Below are positions 11,910 through 24,969 of a stretch of 64,000 nt of DNA, one piece after another; positions within the stretch are counted from its first letter, which is position 1; the number at the start of each line of letters is the position of its first letter. Origin of the DNA: Gracilinanus agilis (taxonomy: Eukaryota); assembly GCF_016433145.1 (NCBI RefSeq), contig NC_058133.1:172480514-172544513 (forward strand), in the 5' to 3' direction. Under the pieces are notes generated by a model. The model did no database searches and was not told the DNA's origin. It saw nothing but the letters and a program-made list of their open reading frames with translations. A program made the translations under genes and the position numbers.

Positions 11910-14200
11910 CTGTGTGTGTCTCCCTGCCTCAATTATGTTTTTTGTAAACAACATATTGTAGGATTCTGGTTTTTAATTCATTCTGTTATCTGTTTCCATT
12001 TTAAGAGTGAGTTCAGCCTATTCACATTCACAGTTATGATTATTGTGTATTCTCTGCCATCTTATTTACCCCTTTTGATCTCGCTCTTTCTCCTTTCAAC
12101 TTTGTTCCTCCTCACAAGTGTTTTGCTTTTACTCACTATCCCTCAATTTCCCCTCCCTTATATCCCCAACACCATTTCTTATTCTTCTCCTATTTCTCTA
12201 TAGGGTAAGATAAGATTCTATACCCAAATGAATATGCTTATTATTCCCTCTCAGAAACAGTTCCAATGACAGTAAGGTTTAAGTATTGCCTGTCACCACC
12301 CTCATCCTCCCCTCTACTGTAATTTTCATGCTTCTTTAGGTGAGATAATTTACTCCATTCCACCTCTACCTTCCCTTTTCTCTCAGTGCAGTCCTCTTTT
12401 TCACCCCCTGATTTTTTTTTTGCATATCATGTCATCCTAATCAGCTTACTCCCACATCCTCTGTCTTATATTCCTTCTAACTGCTCTCAAAACTGATAAG
12501 AATTTTAAGTTGCAAATATCATCTTTCCCTGTAGGAATATAAACAGTTTGATCTTATTGAATCCTTTAAATTTTCTCTTCCTTTACCTTTTTATGCTTCT
12601 CTTGAGTCTTGCATTTGAACATCATACTTTCTGTTTCAATCTGGTCTTCTCATCAGGAACACCTGGAAGTCTTCTATTTTATTAAATGACCATTTTTTCC
12701 CCCTGAAAAAATATACTCAGTTTTACTGGGTAGGTGATTTTGGTTTGTAAACCTAGTTCTGTTGCCTTCTCAAATATCATTCCAAGCCTTTCTATCCTAA
12801 TGTGGAAGCTGCTGTGTCCTGGGTAATCCTGGCTGCTGTTCCATGGTATTTGAATTCTTTTTTTCTGGATGCTTTAAGTATTTTCTCCTTGACCTGGGAG
12901 CTCTTAAATTTAGATATAAAATTCCTGGGAGTTGTCATTTGGGGATTTATTTCAGGAAATGATCTGTGAATTCTTTCAATTTCTTTTTTTTTTTTAATTA
13001 AAAAAATTTTTTAGCCCTTTCCATCTTGGAATCAATACTGAATATTGGCTCCAAGGCAGAAGAGTTACTACTTACTCCAAGGTAAGGGTAGGCAATGGGG
13101 GTCAAGTGACTTGCCCCAGGGTCACACAGCTGGGAAGTGTCTGAGGTCAGATTTGAACCTAGGACCTCCCGTCTCTAGACCTGGCTCTCAATCCACTGAG
13201 CTACCCAGCTGCCCCCGATTCTTTCAATTTCTATTTGATCCTCTTGTTGAAGAATACCAGGACACTTTTCTTTGATAATTTCTTGTAATGTGACATCTAG
13301 GCTTTTTTTTTTTTTTAATCATGACTTTCAGGTAGTCCAGTAACACTTAAGTCATCTCTTCTGGATCTATTTTCCAGGCTAGTTGTTTTTGAGATAGTTC
13401 ATGGTTTTTTCTATTTTTTCCCTTCTTTTTATTTTGTTTTACTGTTTCTTAATGTCTCATGAAGTCATTAGCTCCTCCTTGCTCAATTCTAATTTTTTAA
13501 GAAATTATTTTCTTCCATGAACTTTTGGATCTCCTTTTCCATTAGGTCAATTCTAATTTTTTAAAGCATTTATTAATATTTGCTTTTAACATGGTTACAT
13601 GTCATCCCCTAAGACTGCTTTTGGCTTGCAGAGCTCAGAACACTATGAGCTACCTTGTGCTGGGGCTCAGGGCCTAACCTCAGGCTTGGGCAAGGGGCTT
13701 TGGACCTCATTCTGGCATTATACACTCCAAGTGCACTGAGGACTTGCTTTGTGCCTGGGGTTCAGGTCCAAACTGCAGGCTTGGGCTTGGGGCCTCAGTC
13801 TGGGACCTGCACCAGGCAGGCACTCCGTAGATGGTCCTGCACTAGGTAGGACTTGGGGATATGCATGAGAGCAGTGATCTCCTATTGGCTTAGGCAAGGT
13901 CTCAGGGCCTCATAGTTGTTTGGCTTAGGCCCAGGTTCAGAACCTGAAACAATAGGTGTGGGGTGGCAGAGTTTGTTGGCTTATACTGGTACTTCTTAGT
14001 GCCTCTTTGCTGCAAGCTTCACCCTTCTCACACCAATGAACCAGACCCTCTCTGTCTCCCTTTTGAGTTATTTTCTGCAGGAAAGTTGCTTTACTCTGTC
14101 CTCTTGTTGGTTTTTTCAGTCTAGTAGTCATTTTGAAGCAATATTTTAAGATTGATTGGCGAGAATGCTCAGAATAGTTTGAGCTTTCCCTGCTTCTGCT
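11910..14200 (-). mobile_element. Older L1 5' portion (5'UTR, ORF1, start of ORF2), antisense
   Basis: Reverse-complement similarity to ORF1 at ~16810-17500 (ctggatctattttccag) and ORF2 start (ttcacattcacagttatgatt); boundaries approximate. Confidence 0.75.
12985..13217 (-). mobile_element. SINE1-type element inserted in antisense L1
   Basis: 15-bp perfect TSD attctttcaatttct (12970-12984, 13218-13232); poly-T tail. Confidence 0.92.
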
Positions 14201-15329
14201 CTGTCAACTTCCATACAAAGTTTAGATTGGACCATGTCCCTGACATCAGGAGCTTATAGACTTACCAGTAGGAAGATAGGCTACAAACACAAATGCCTAG
14301 ACTACCTAATATTATGTCATAAGTGAGAGAAGTATAAAACAAAGGACTTTGTGAAGACTTGAGGAAAAAGCAACATTTTGGCTGTTACAGACCAGAGGCA
14401 ACAGGAAGAACTTCCAAGAGGAGGTAACATCTTAGGTGGATTTTAAAGATAGGAATACCCGAGGCAAAGAAAAAGAGAGAATTGGGGCATTTCAGGCATA
14501 GGGGATTGGGTTGAGCAAAGACATGGAGATATGAGAGTATGGTGCACACTCTAGCAAGGAATTATTAAGTTTGACTAGAATGCAGAATATAGGAATAGGA
14601 TAAAAGTCATTTGTTGACAAAAAGTCCCTACTATGTACCAAGCATTGTGCTAACTAAGCTCTGAGGATACAAATTTTTTAAAAGATATCCTCTGCCCTAA
14701 AAGAGCTCCAAATCTATGAGGGAAGACAGTACAGACCTGAAAAATGGGGTAGTAGGCAGCACCAGAGTGTACAGGACAAGAAACATAATGTTGTTCATAG
14801 ATTCAAAACCAAGTAATGTAGCTGGTGATAAAAATTAATAAGATTTTTTTTGCCAAATTTTGGGATTCTTTTATTATATTCAATTTTTATAGCCAGCCAG
14901 TGTTTATTAAGATAAATGCAAGCAAAAAAAAACCATCCTTACCCTCAAGGAGCTCACAATCTTTTTAAATTTGTATTTTTATTACCTTTAATTGTAGAAA
15001 CAATTTTTTACAATTGTTTTCTGACATTTTGCAATTTAGTAATGTGAAATTCAAAATAAAGGATAACTGATTCATATTCCACCTCAAACACTCACTATGC
15101 AATCCTGGACAAGTCACTAAATCTCTTAGTGCCTCAGTTTCCTCATATTTAAAAAGATGTAATTGAACTAAGGGCCCTTTCAGCTTTAAATATACGATCC
15201 TATAAATAGGAAAGTTTTGAGAGGCCCTGAACACTGAGCAAAGATGTGGAAACTTTATTCCATAGAGAGTTGGAGAACATGGAAGATGTTTTTGAGCAAA
15301 ATGATATAAGAAGCCACAACTCTTCTTAA

Positions 15330-15796
15330 ATAAGAGCATTATCGTGGTCATGTGAAGGATTGCTTGAAGGGGAATAAGGATTGAGTCAGGAAGACCTGTT
15401 AAAGAGGCTGTTATAGTAGTCCAGGTAGGTGGAAATGAAGGCCTATGCTAGGCTGTTTAGGAGTTAGTGGGGGGAAAAAGAAGAAAATAAATGCAGGTAC
15501 AGAAGTGAGAGAAGCAAGACTTGAAAATTGAACGAGAAAGAGCTAAAGATAACCCCAAGGTTTAAAAAATGGGTAAAGAGGAAGGGCAAAATTTTTGGAA
15601 AAGATGAGCTCAGTTTCGAACATCCTGATTTTGAGAAGTCATCTGCACAGCCAGGTGAACAGTCCTGTAGCCCATTGGAGATGTAGATGTGGAATTTATG
15701 AGAAAGTTGAAATCCATATGTAGAGATGTGTGAGTAATCTCCACAGAGGTGGCAGTTGAAGCTGCACAAATAAAATTATCAAGAGAGCAAAATGAG
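15330..15796 (+). mobile_element. L2 fragment (host of the full-length L1; continues at 32398-32790)
   Basis: ctgttatagtagtccagg, gagctcagtttcgaacatcctgattttgag motifs typical of L2 3' region; resumes after TSD. Confidence 0.65.
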
Positions 15797-16334
15797 CATG
15801 GGAGCCAAGATGGTGGTTTAATAACAGTGAAAGCTGAAACTGCTTTGAGAATCCTTCCAAACCAATCTTTAAAAAGTGTCTCAAAAAGACAGGAGTCAAA
15901 AACCAAAAGCGAGACAGGTTGAAGGGGCTCTCCTTCTGAACACAGCTTGAAAGGTAGTCATAGAATCAATTTTCTCAGGATAAGGAGGAACAGGAGGCAA
16001 AACTACATACAGAGAAGTGCTAGCTAGCCACCCCCCTCCTACTTCTCTAGGTTCTAAACCTGGGGATAGGACAACTTGGATCTCAGAACCCAGCCTACAT
16101 CAACAACAGAACATGGCACACCCCACACTACCCCCTTGACGTCCCAAGCCCTGGCACCAACCATAGTGGGGCCTGGAAGGTATAATACTTAGCCCTTTCA
16201 AGCCTGCTCTGTTGTGAAGTCCTTAGCTCCTGAGCAAAATAGCTCAGAATGCTGAGTTCTCCACGTCATAAATAGGAGACAGAATCGGCAGCTTTCAGAA
16301 CTCCCAGTCCACAGACACAAACAAAGCTGGGAAA

Positions 16335-17553
16335 ATGAGCAAACAGCAAAAGAAACATCTAACCATAGAAAAAAATTTTGGAGACAACAAGGTACAGAGT
16401 CAATAGGGTACAGTGAGATCTACACAACCACATGCAAAACTTCAAAGAAAAATTGTAATTGGTCTCAGGCACTTGGAAGAACTCAAAAAGGAATTCAAAA
16501 ATCAAATAAGACAGATTGGAGAAAAATGAGAAAAAGAAAATTAAAGTAATGTAAAAAGAAAATGACAGCTTAAGAATCAAAATTGGTCAAGTGGAAAAAG
16601 AGGCACAAAAATCCAATGAAGAAAAGAGTTCCATGAAAAATATAATGGACCAAAAGGAAAAGGAAGATCAAAAGGTCCTGGAAGAAATTTATTTTTTAAA
16701 ATTAGAATTGTGCAAATAGAAGGTAATGACTTCATGAGACATCAAAAACAATAAAATCAAATCAAAAGAATGAAAAAATAGAAGAAAAATATTTCTGAAA
16801 AAAACAACTAATCTGGAAAATAGATCCAGGAGAGACAATTTAAAAATTATTGGACTAGGGGGCAGTTAAGGTAGCTCAGTGGTTTGAGAACCAGGCCCAG
16901 AAATGGGAGGTCCTAAGTTCAAATCTGGCCTCAGACACTTCCTAGCTGTGTGACCCTGGGCAAGTCACTTAACCCTAATTCCCTAGCCCTTACCACACTT
17001 TTAACTTAGAACCAATACATAGTATTGATTCTGAAGCAGAAGGTAAGGATTAAAAAAAAAAAAGAATTATTAGACTACCTGAAAGTCATGATTTAAAAAA
17101 ATGCCTAGACATCATATTACAAGAAATTATCCAAGAAAACTGCCCTGATATTCTTGAACAAGACAATATAGAATTTGAAAGAATCCACAGATCACCTTCT
17201 GCAATAAATCCCCAAATGACAACTCCCAGGAATATTATAGCCAAGTTCAAGAGCTCCCGGGTCAAGGAGAAAATACTGAAAGCATCCAGAAAGAAAGGAT
17301 TCAAATATGAAGCTCCAGTCAGAGGATTACACAGGATCTGGCAGCTTCCACATTGAAGGATCAGAAAGTTTGCAGTGATAATCTAGAAGACAAGGAAATT
17401 GGGTTTACAACCAAGAATTACCTACCTGTCAAAACTGTATTCTCTCAGGGAAAAATAAGGTATTTTAATAGAATGGATCCAAGCATTCCTGAAGAAAAGA
17501 CTATACTTAATAGAAAATTTGATGTCTGAATACAAAATTCAAGAGAAGCATAA
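16335..17553 (+). pseudogene. L1 ORF1 remnant
   Basis: ATG AGC AAA CAG..., K/E-rich coiled-coil coding sequence, SRRDNLKIIGL-PE motif split by a SINE; frameshifts. Confidence 0.8.
16858..17064 (+). mobile_element. tRNA-derived marsupial SINE (SINE1-type) inserted in L1 ORF1
   Basis: ggggcagttaaggtagctcagtgg head, box B gttcaaatc, A-tail; TSD aattatt(g/a)gacta 16845-16857 / 17065-17077. Confidence 0.9.
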
Positions 17554-18098
17554 AAAAGTAAATAAGAGAAAGAACTTAAGGAGTTCAATAAGGTCAGACT
17601 TCATATTCCTACATGGAAAGACGATATTTGTAACTATTAGTTTTTTATCATTATCATAGTAGTTAGAAGTATACATAGACAGAGAGTGTGGTAGTAAGCT
17701 GTTTAGAATGATAAGCCAAAAAAAAAATCTAGGGGTGAATAAAAGGATTTGCACCAAGAAATAGGAAGAGAGAAGTAAAATTATATAAATTATATCAAAT
17801 AAAGACGGGGGTGGGGAGCGAGGGGAAAACAATTACAGTGAAGGGGAGAATGAGGGTAGGGATGGATAATACTTACCTTACTCTCATTAGAATTAGCTCA
17901 GAGAGAGAACAGCCAGATTCTTTGGAATATAAAATCCTATTTTACCCTATAGAGAAGTAGAAGAGGAATAAGAAAAAAGGGGGGGTGAAGGGTTGGGAAG
18001 GGAGTGCTTAAAAGCAAAACACTGGTTTAGAGGGAAAAAGAGTGAAAGTAGAAAGGGCAGGATTAAAAGAGGAAATCAAGATAGAGGAGAATACACAG

Positions 18099-19767
18099 AT
18101 GGTAATCATGACTGTGATTGTAAATGCAATAAACTCACCCAGAAAAGGGAAGCAGCAGAGTGAATTAAAAAAAAAAAAACAACAACAATCTTAACATATG
18201 TTGTTTACAAGAAACACATTTGAGGCAAGGAGATACACACAAAGTATGGAGCAGAATCTATTGGACTTCAACTAAGATTAAAACAAAAATCAGGAGTAGC
18301 AATCATGATCTCAAACAAAGCTAAAGCAAAAATAGATCTGATTAAAATAGATGAGGAGGGCAATTACATCTTGATAAAATGGTAGTATAAGCAATGAAGT
18401 AATATCAGTACTTAACATTATATACACCAAATGATACAGCATCCATATTTTTAAAGGAGAAACTAAAGCTTAAGGAGGAAATAATAAAATCAAACTAATG
18501 GGGGGAACCTCAGCCTTCCTCTATCTGAACTAGGTTAATCTAACCAAAAAATAAATAAGAAGTGAATGAAATTTTAGAAGAGTTAAATTTAATAGCTATC
18601 TGGAGAAAATTGAATAGGGATAAAAAGGAATATACCTTCTTTTCAGCTGCACATGGTAATTATATAAAAATTCACCTTGTACCAGGGCATAAAAACTTTA
18701 CAACAAAATGCAAAAAAGCAGAAATAATAAATATAACTTTTTCAGATCATAATGCAATAGAAATTATAGTCAAGGTGTTATGGAAAGGCAAATTAAAGTT
18801 AATTTGAAACTTTTATCTAATTCTTCAAAATAGGTGGGTCAAAGAACATATCGAAACAATCATGGATTTTATTGAAGAGAATGGTAATGAGGATACAACA
18901 TATCAAACTTTATGGGATACAACCAAAGCAGTACTCAGGGGAAAGAAAAGGCAGATTGATGAATTGGGCATGCAACTAGAAAAAGAACAACTTAGAAATC
19001 CCCAATTAAAGACTAAATTGAAAATCCTGAAATATAAAGGAGAAATTAATAAAATTTTAAGTAAAAGAATTATTGAACTAGTAAGAATAGGAGTTGGTTC
19101 TATGAAAAGAAAAAAAATAGAGCATCAGTTAATTTGATTAAAAGGAAGAAGACAATCAAATTGCCAATATAAAAAATGAAAAGGGTTATTTTACCTCCAA
19201 TGAAGAAAAAATTAAAGCAATCATTTGGAGCTATATGACAATAAATCTGATAATCTAGGTGAAATAGATGAATAATTGCCTAGATTAGCAAAAGAAGAAA
19301 TAGAATACTTAATCCAATTTCAGAAAAATTGAGTAAACCTTCAATAAACTCCTCAAGAAAAAGTCCCAAGGGCCGGATGGATTCACAAGTGAACCCTATC
19401 AAACATTTAAAGAGCAATTAATCTCATTTGACAAAATAAAGTAGGAATTCTGCCAAATTATTTTTATGAGAACAAATATGATGCTGATAGGAAGACCAAA
19501 AACAGAGAAAGAAAATTGCAGACCAGTTTCCTTAATGAACATTGTTGCAAAAATCTTAAATAAAATACTAGCAAAGAGACAGCAATATATATATCACAAG
19601 GATTATTTACTTGACCATGTGGGAGTTATATCAGGCATGCAAAGTTGGTTTAATATTAGGAAAACTGTCAATATAATTGACCATATCAATAATCAAACAA
19701 ACAGAAATCACATGATTATCTCAGATAGGTGCAGAAAAAGGCTTTGACAAAATACAACACCCATTCC
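18099..19767 (+). pseudogene. L1 ORF2 5' part (endonuclease, Z domain, RT start)
   Basis: ORF-track fragments 18562, 18862, 19466 are L1-like (YTFFSAAHG, NYRPVSLMN, WFNIRK). Confidence 0.9.
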
Positions 19768-20478
19768 ATACACACATACACACATACAAGGTTTTGTATG
19801 TGATGTCTTAACTAAAGAGAGTAAGGTAAGTACTGTTTGACCTATCAAGGAACACAGGTTCTCTTGTTTTAACATGGCCAAGGTACTCTTTACTCATAAC
19901 TATATACATTATTTACACTATGTACATATGAAATAGTTTTAATGTGTCTGTGTATTGGACTTATGACCTAGCATGTTCTGCCTGGTTCATACTCAGCCTC
20001 TTCTTTAGAATCCTTCTTATCTATCAGCTAATGTTCTGATGCATGCATTCTAATGTGTGAATGTGCTTACTTATGCCTTTGATTTGTGTCTGAAAGTGTA
20101 AACCTTGTACCATTCAAACTTAAATCTTGCACAGCCAATCTTGTTGCCGTTGTGATTCTTCTGGTGAAGTTGTCCAAGTCACATAGGTGTTACAATAGTT
20201 CAGGTCGTTATGTAGTCCTTGTGCAGTGTCTCTTGTGTTGTCCTGATGTCCTTACGTTCTCTGGGATTTCATCTAGTCTTCATCTGTGTTGGATACCCAT
20301 TTTGACAGATGTCGATTTGATTGTAGAGTTGCCTTGGATCAGGAACCAGTGTGTGATTGTGTAACACTGTGTTGTAAAATTTTTGTGTTGCCACAAAATT
20401 TTCTTTGTTTTCCCCTTTTTTTCCTTTATGAAAGTCTTTAGAGTTTGGTATTGTCATTGATGTTATTTGGCTTTGTGT

Positions 20479-22890
20479 TTATTCATCATTGTTGCTGCTG
20501 AGGTCTTGTATGTATAAGTTTACAGATTGCTGGTGTCCATGTATGCTTTGAGTTTCTAACTGGTCTTTGGCTATGATCTGGCTGTCTGGCTGTTGCTGTA
20601 TGTTTATGCTTTGGCCTTCTGGCTGCTGCTGTTTGTCTATGGTTAGGTCTTTCTCTTGAGGCTTTTCTTTTGAGGACTTTATGTGTGTGAAGTGGTACCA
20701 TGCTTCTTTGCCATTGACTTTTGCTGCTGTGGGAGTTACTAGAATTATTTCATGAGGTCCAAACCATTTTGGTTCTAATGCTGATTTTTTGGTAAAGTTT
20801 CTAATGTATATGATGTCTCTAGGTTTGAAATTGTGCTAGCTATAGTCTGATGGGATTCTTTGTTGGATTAAGGCTAATCTGTGTAACTCATCTAGCCTTT
20901 CCTTTAATAGAGTGATATACTCATAGATCTTGTATTCTATACCAAAGTGTGACAGATAATTGGTGTCTTGTGGAGCTTTTCCATGCCATGGTAGTTGCCC
21001 ATACAGTAACTCGAATGGAGATAGAGGAGTTGAACTATTTGGCTGGCTACGGATATGGAAAAGTGCCATCAGCAGTGCATTTGGCCATTTGAGATGACTT
21101 TCTGAACACAGCTTTCCCAGCATTGTTTTAAGATGTTTGTTGATCCTTTCAATGTGCCTGGAAGACTGAGGTCTGTATATAGAGCATAAATGTCTTTTGA
21201 TCCCGAGCACCTGGTAAACTTGGTGTAGAATGGAATTAGCGAAATGACTACCAGAATCAGATGGAATTTTTGCAGGTATATAGAATCTGGGTGTTACTTC
21301 TCTTAGTAGGATCTGGGCTACAAATGCTATATTATTCCGCCTGGCTGGGAATGCTTCTGGCTATTTTGTTAATCTGTCCACTATGACTAATATGTACCTA
21401 TACCCTTGGCATCTGGGCATTGTGACATAATCAATCTGCAAGCATTCAGAGGAGTGTATGCTAGTTGTTTCCCTCCCATAGCTTTGACTCTGGTGATGGA
21501 TTGGTTATATTGCATGCAGACTTTGCAGTTGTCACACACTCTTTTAGTTTCTGTTGTGATGCCCATTGCGATCCAGTGTTTTCTTATAATGTCCACTAGA
21601 GCTAATATCCCATAATGACCCTTTCTGTGAATTGCTGTGCACAAGGGTGTGGTGCAGTAATTTCGGCAAAAAATGGTTTACCATAGCTGGACATCCACAC
21701 TCCATTTACTAGATCTGCCCCAAGATGATCTTGCCAATATTTCACTTCCTTTTGAGAGTATGCTTCTAGTAGTTGGTCTCTCCCTACTAAGGATAAATGT
21801 AATATTTTCAAAGGTCCAAATCTAGCTCCAAACTTTGTGATGATGTCCCCCTGGTGATTGCCTAACTATACTGGCCCCATGAGTCTTTGATGTGCACGAC
21901 AGTGCATCACAGAAACTTTGGATGGTAACTGGATAGCTTGTAACAATTCATTGATCAGTTTCCCATAGGCTATTGCTTTCCTGTTTGATGTTATGAATCC
22001 TCTATGTTTCCAGATTTCCCCTGATGCATAAACTACCCCAAAAGCATATTTTGAGTCTGTATATATGTTAACAGATTTTTCCTGTGCAATTTGGAGAGCT
22101 CTTGTCAAGGCTAAGATTTCTGCCCCTTAAGCAGAGATCTTTGGCTCAAGTGCTGTGAACCATAGAGTTTCTTCTTGAGTGGTAACTGAAGCCCCTGTAA
22201 AATGTTTGCCATCAACCCTATAACTGGAACCATCACAGAACAAAGTCAGATCTGCATTGACCAGGGGTATGTCTTATAAGTCCTCTCTGGTCTTCTGCAC
22301 AATCTCTAAGGTGTCACTGCAACTGTGAAGGCTATCCCTTTCCAATGGCAAATCAGGGATAAGTGTTGCAGGATTGATGTTCTTGCAATGATGGAAAGTC
22401 AGGTTCTTGTTGGTTAGTAATATCACTTGGCACTGGGAAAGACGTTGTGAGGTAAAAGCTTGGAGATTTGCATTCTGCACTGTGGTTTCGACTTGATGCG
22501 GGGAATACGATCTCGGCTCCCCTCCCAGAACTAGCTTTGAACTCTTCCTAACCATTAGAGCTGCAGTTGCGATTATCTTCAAACAGGAAACCATGCCTTG
22601 GATTACATGATCCAATGTGGAGTCTGAGGTCGTTACCAAGATATTGCATGAGAACACCACAGGCGTTCATGAATGAATAGGTGGAACAGCAGCTTATCAT
22701 GATCAGGAATGCCTAAAGCTGGAGATGATAGTATAGCAGCTTTTAATTTTTCTACTGCATGTATATGTTCTCTGTTGAGCTTCAGTGGCTCTGTGACAGT
22801 GTTCCTGGTTAATTCTGTCAAAGGTTTTCTATGAGTGAATAACCTGGTATCCACTGCCTACAGAAACTGGTCATGCCTATCATTGCCCGT
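20479..22890 (-). pseudogene. ERV pol 3' part: RT thumb/connection, RNase H, integrase
   Basis: AMIGMTSFCRQWIPGY; SSPALGIPD; AEILALTRAL..YTDSKYAF; HRKGH..CDNC zinc finger; PFELLYG; KWFGPHEI; stop at 20481-20479. Confidence 0.92.
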
Positions 22891-24969
22891 TGTTACAATA
22901 AAAAATGATAAAGACTGATAAAATGAGGGAAGTTCGTAGTTTAATTAAAGCCATGGCCATGTCAATAAAATATATAATTTGACTTCCAGTACGAGATGAG
23001 AAAAAAATCAATTGCTCTAATTAAAAAAAAGAGAATGTTTTAAAAATAAAAAATATATATATATAGCTAGAATTAGTGAAGGGTTTTTTTTACCCAAAAA
23101 TGAGATTCATTTTCTGTGAGTGTAAATGCATTTTACAAAATAGCAGATTCACAATGCACATTCAAATAGAGTACCATAATTTCTAATAACACATTTTAAA
23201 ACAATAAACAATGATGTTTAAAAATCATATACTTGTTACAAATTTTAAATCTTGGCTAAGAGTTTCTCAACAAACTCTGTAACTGCCTCCATATCAAAAT
23301 CTGATATTAAAAAAAACCTTCTAGTCTAAATTATCCTCAGGAATTGTAGATCCTTCTGATAGAAGTATACAGGAGCTCTTTCAGCTTCCTGTTTTTAAAA
23401 ATATCCCAGGTAGGAAATTTTCATGCTTCTACCCATTTAAGGCAATAATTTTTTTAATAATAAATTATTTTTTATAATAAAATATATAAAAATATATAAA
23501 AGTCCTTTAAGACAACAATTAGGATTTAAAGTAAAATTTAAAAAACCTCATAAAATTACAATTTAAATCTCAAGACATCGAAACCTCCAAGGTTTTATAC
23601 AATTACCAATATAGAATAAAACTTAAAAGACATGTACTCCTATAAGATGTTCATAGATGGTACATATAACAGCATTGTTTTGATACAGTAAAACCTTAAA
23701 TAAATTAGGAAATATAATAAAATCATAAGCAGAAACTTCATTAGCTTAAAATGATTTCAGTGCAACAGGAAAATCAACGAAATAAGCAAGATTAATTCAT
23801 AAAATTAATCAGCAAAATACAGTAAGATACAGAATCTTTTTAAAACCCATTTAGTTATGAGGTTTTAAAATCCACCTTTGGTCCAATTCAGAGTTCAAAT
23901 TCAGGGTCCTTATAATCAGTCTCTGCTCTTAGTTCAAAGTTCTGAGCAGGTATGGGGTGAATTTCTTCCCCTGAGTTTCAGTTTAATAATCACAAGAAAG
24001 TTTGAATAGGCCATGTGCCCGATGAACAGTAAACGCTAGTTCCAGGTGGAGGCGTGGAGTAGGGGCTAGAGAAAAGCTTAGGTCAGTTTTTAGAAAATCC
24101 CACGTGTAGAGATTGTGGGTGGGGGTTGGGAGGCTGCCTAGATCAGGCTTTAGAGAAAACACGTGGAGGGCTAGAATGGATTAAAAGCAAGAGTAGGGGT
24201 AATACTTTACAAATCTTTAGAGGCAGAGGCTGAAGCTGAAACGGCGGCACTCAGCAAGTCAGGGCTGGGGTCGCTCCTTGGAAATCTCAGGATTCGGTAG
24301 GCAGGAACGGAGGCCAGGTTGGTAGTTAGGGAAATCCACGGAGACGACAGCAGGAAACCCAGCATTCGATTACTGTCAGTAGGGGCCACCAGGCAAAAGA
24401 ATTTGCAGCCCAGCGGCAATTAAAACCATTGTCCCTCTTCCCTGTAAAGCAGCCTTGAGGCTGGGGAAAATAGGGAGAGGAACAAGAGCGGAAAAAGATC
24501 GTTTCTGAGACTCCAGGTCCCAGAGCCACATGGCAAGCAAAGCCGCTCTCCCCTTTCCCTCTGGAGAGGATTTTAAATACTCTCAGACTATCTAAAAAAT
24601 TTAGAGTCCGAATTTTCAACCTTCTGGTTGCCATCAATGTTACGATTAAAAATGATAAAGACTGATAAAATGAGGGAAATTAGTAGTTTAATTAAAGCCA
24701 TAGCCATGTCGATAAAATATATAATTTGACCACGCGTCTGATAAAATCTCTTCAAAGATACCGCCAGTGCCGCCCATCCTCGCTACGTAGCCAAGGAAGA
24801 GATCCTCTCAAGCCCAAATTTTAAGCTGCCCTATACGTGGGGACGTCTGACATCCCCACGTCCAAAACCGGAAACCAGAAACCCATTGGATCATGGGGAA
24901 TGTAGTCTCAAAGTCCCCGCGTGTCCACAGGAAGTTTTAAATGGCACCTCCCTGAATTCCAAACACACA
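22891..24969 (-). mobile_element. Non-coding LTR element nested in the ERV RT
   Basis: TG...CA ends; 4-bp TSD CCGT (22887-22890, 24970-24973); removal restores PLR-AMIGMTSFCRQW; ~95-bp direct repeat 22891-22985 vs 24638-24732. Confidence 0.88.
24638..24969 (-). repeat. Complete 332-bp LTR of the nested element
   Basis: TG...CA termini, CpG-rich U3, ATTAAA near 3' end on - strand. Confidence 0.75.
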
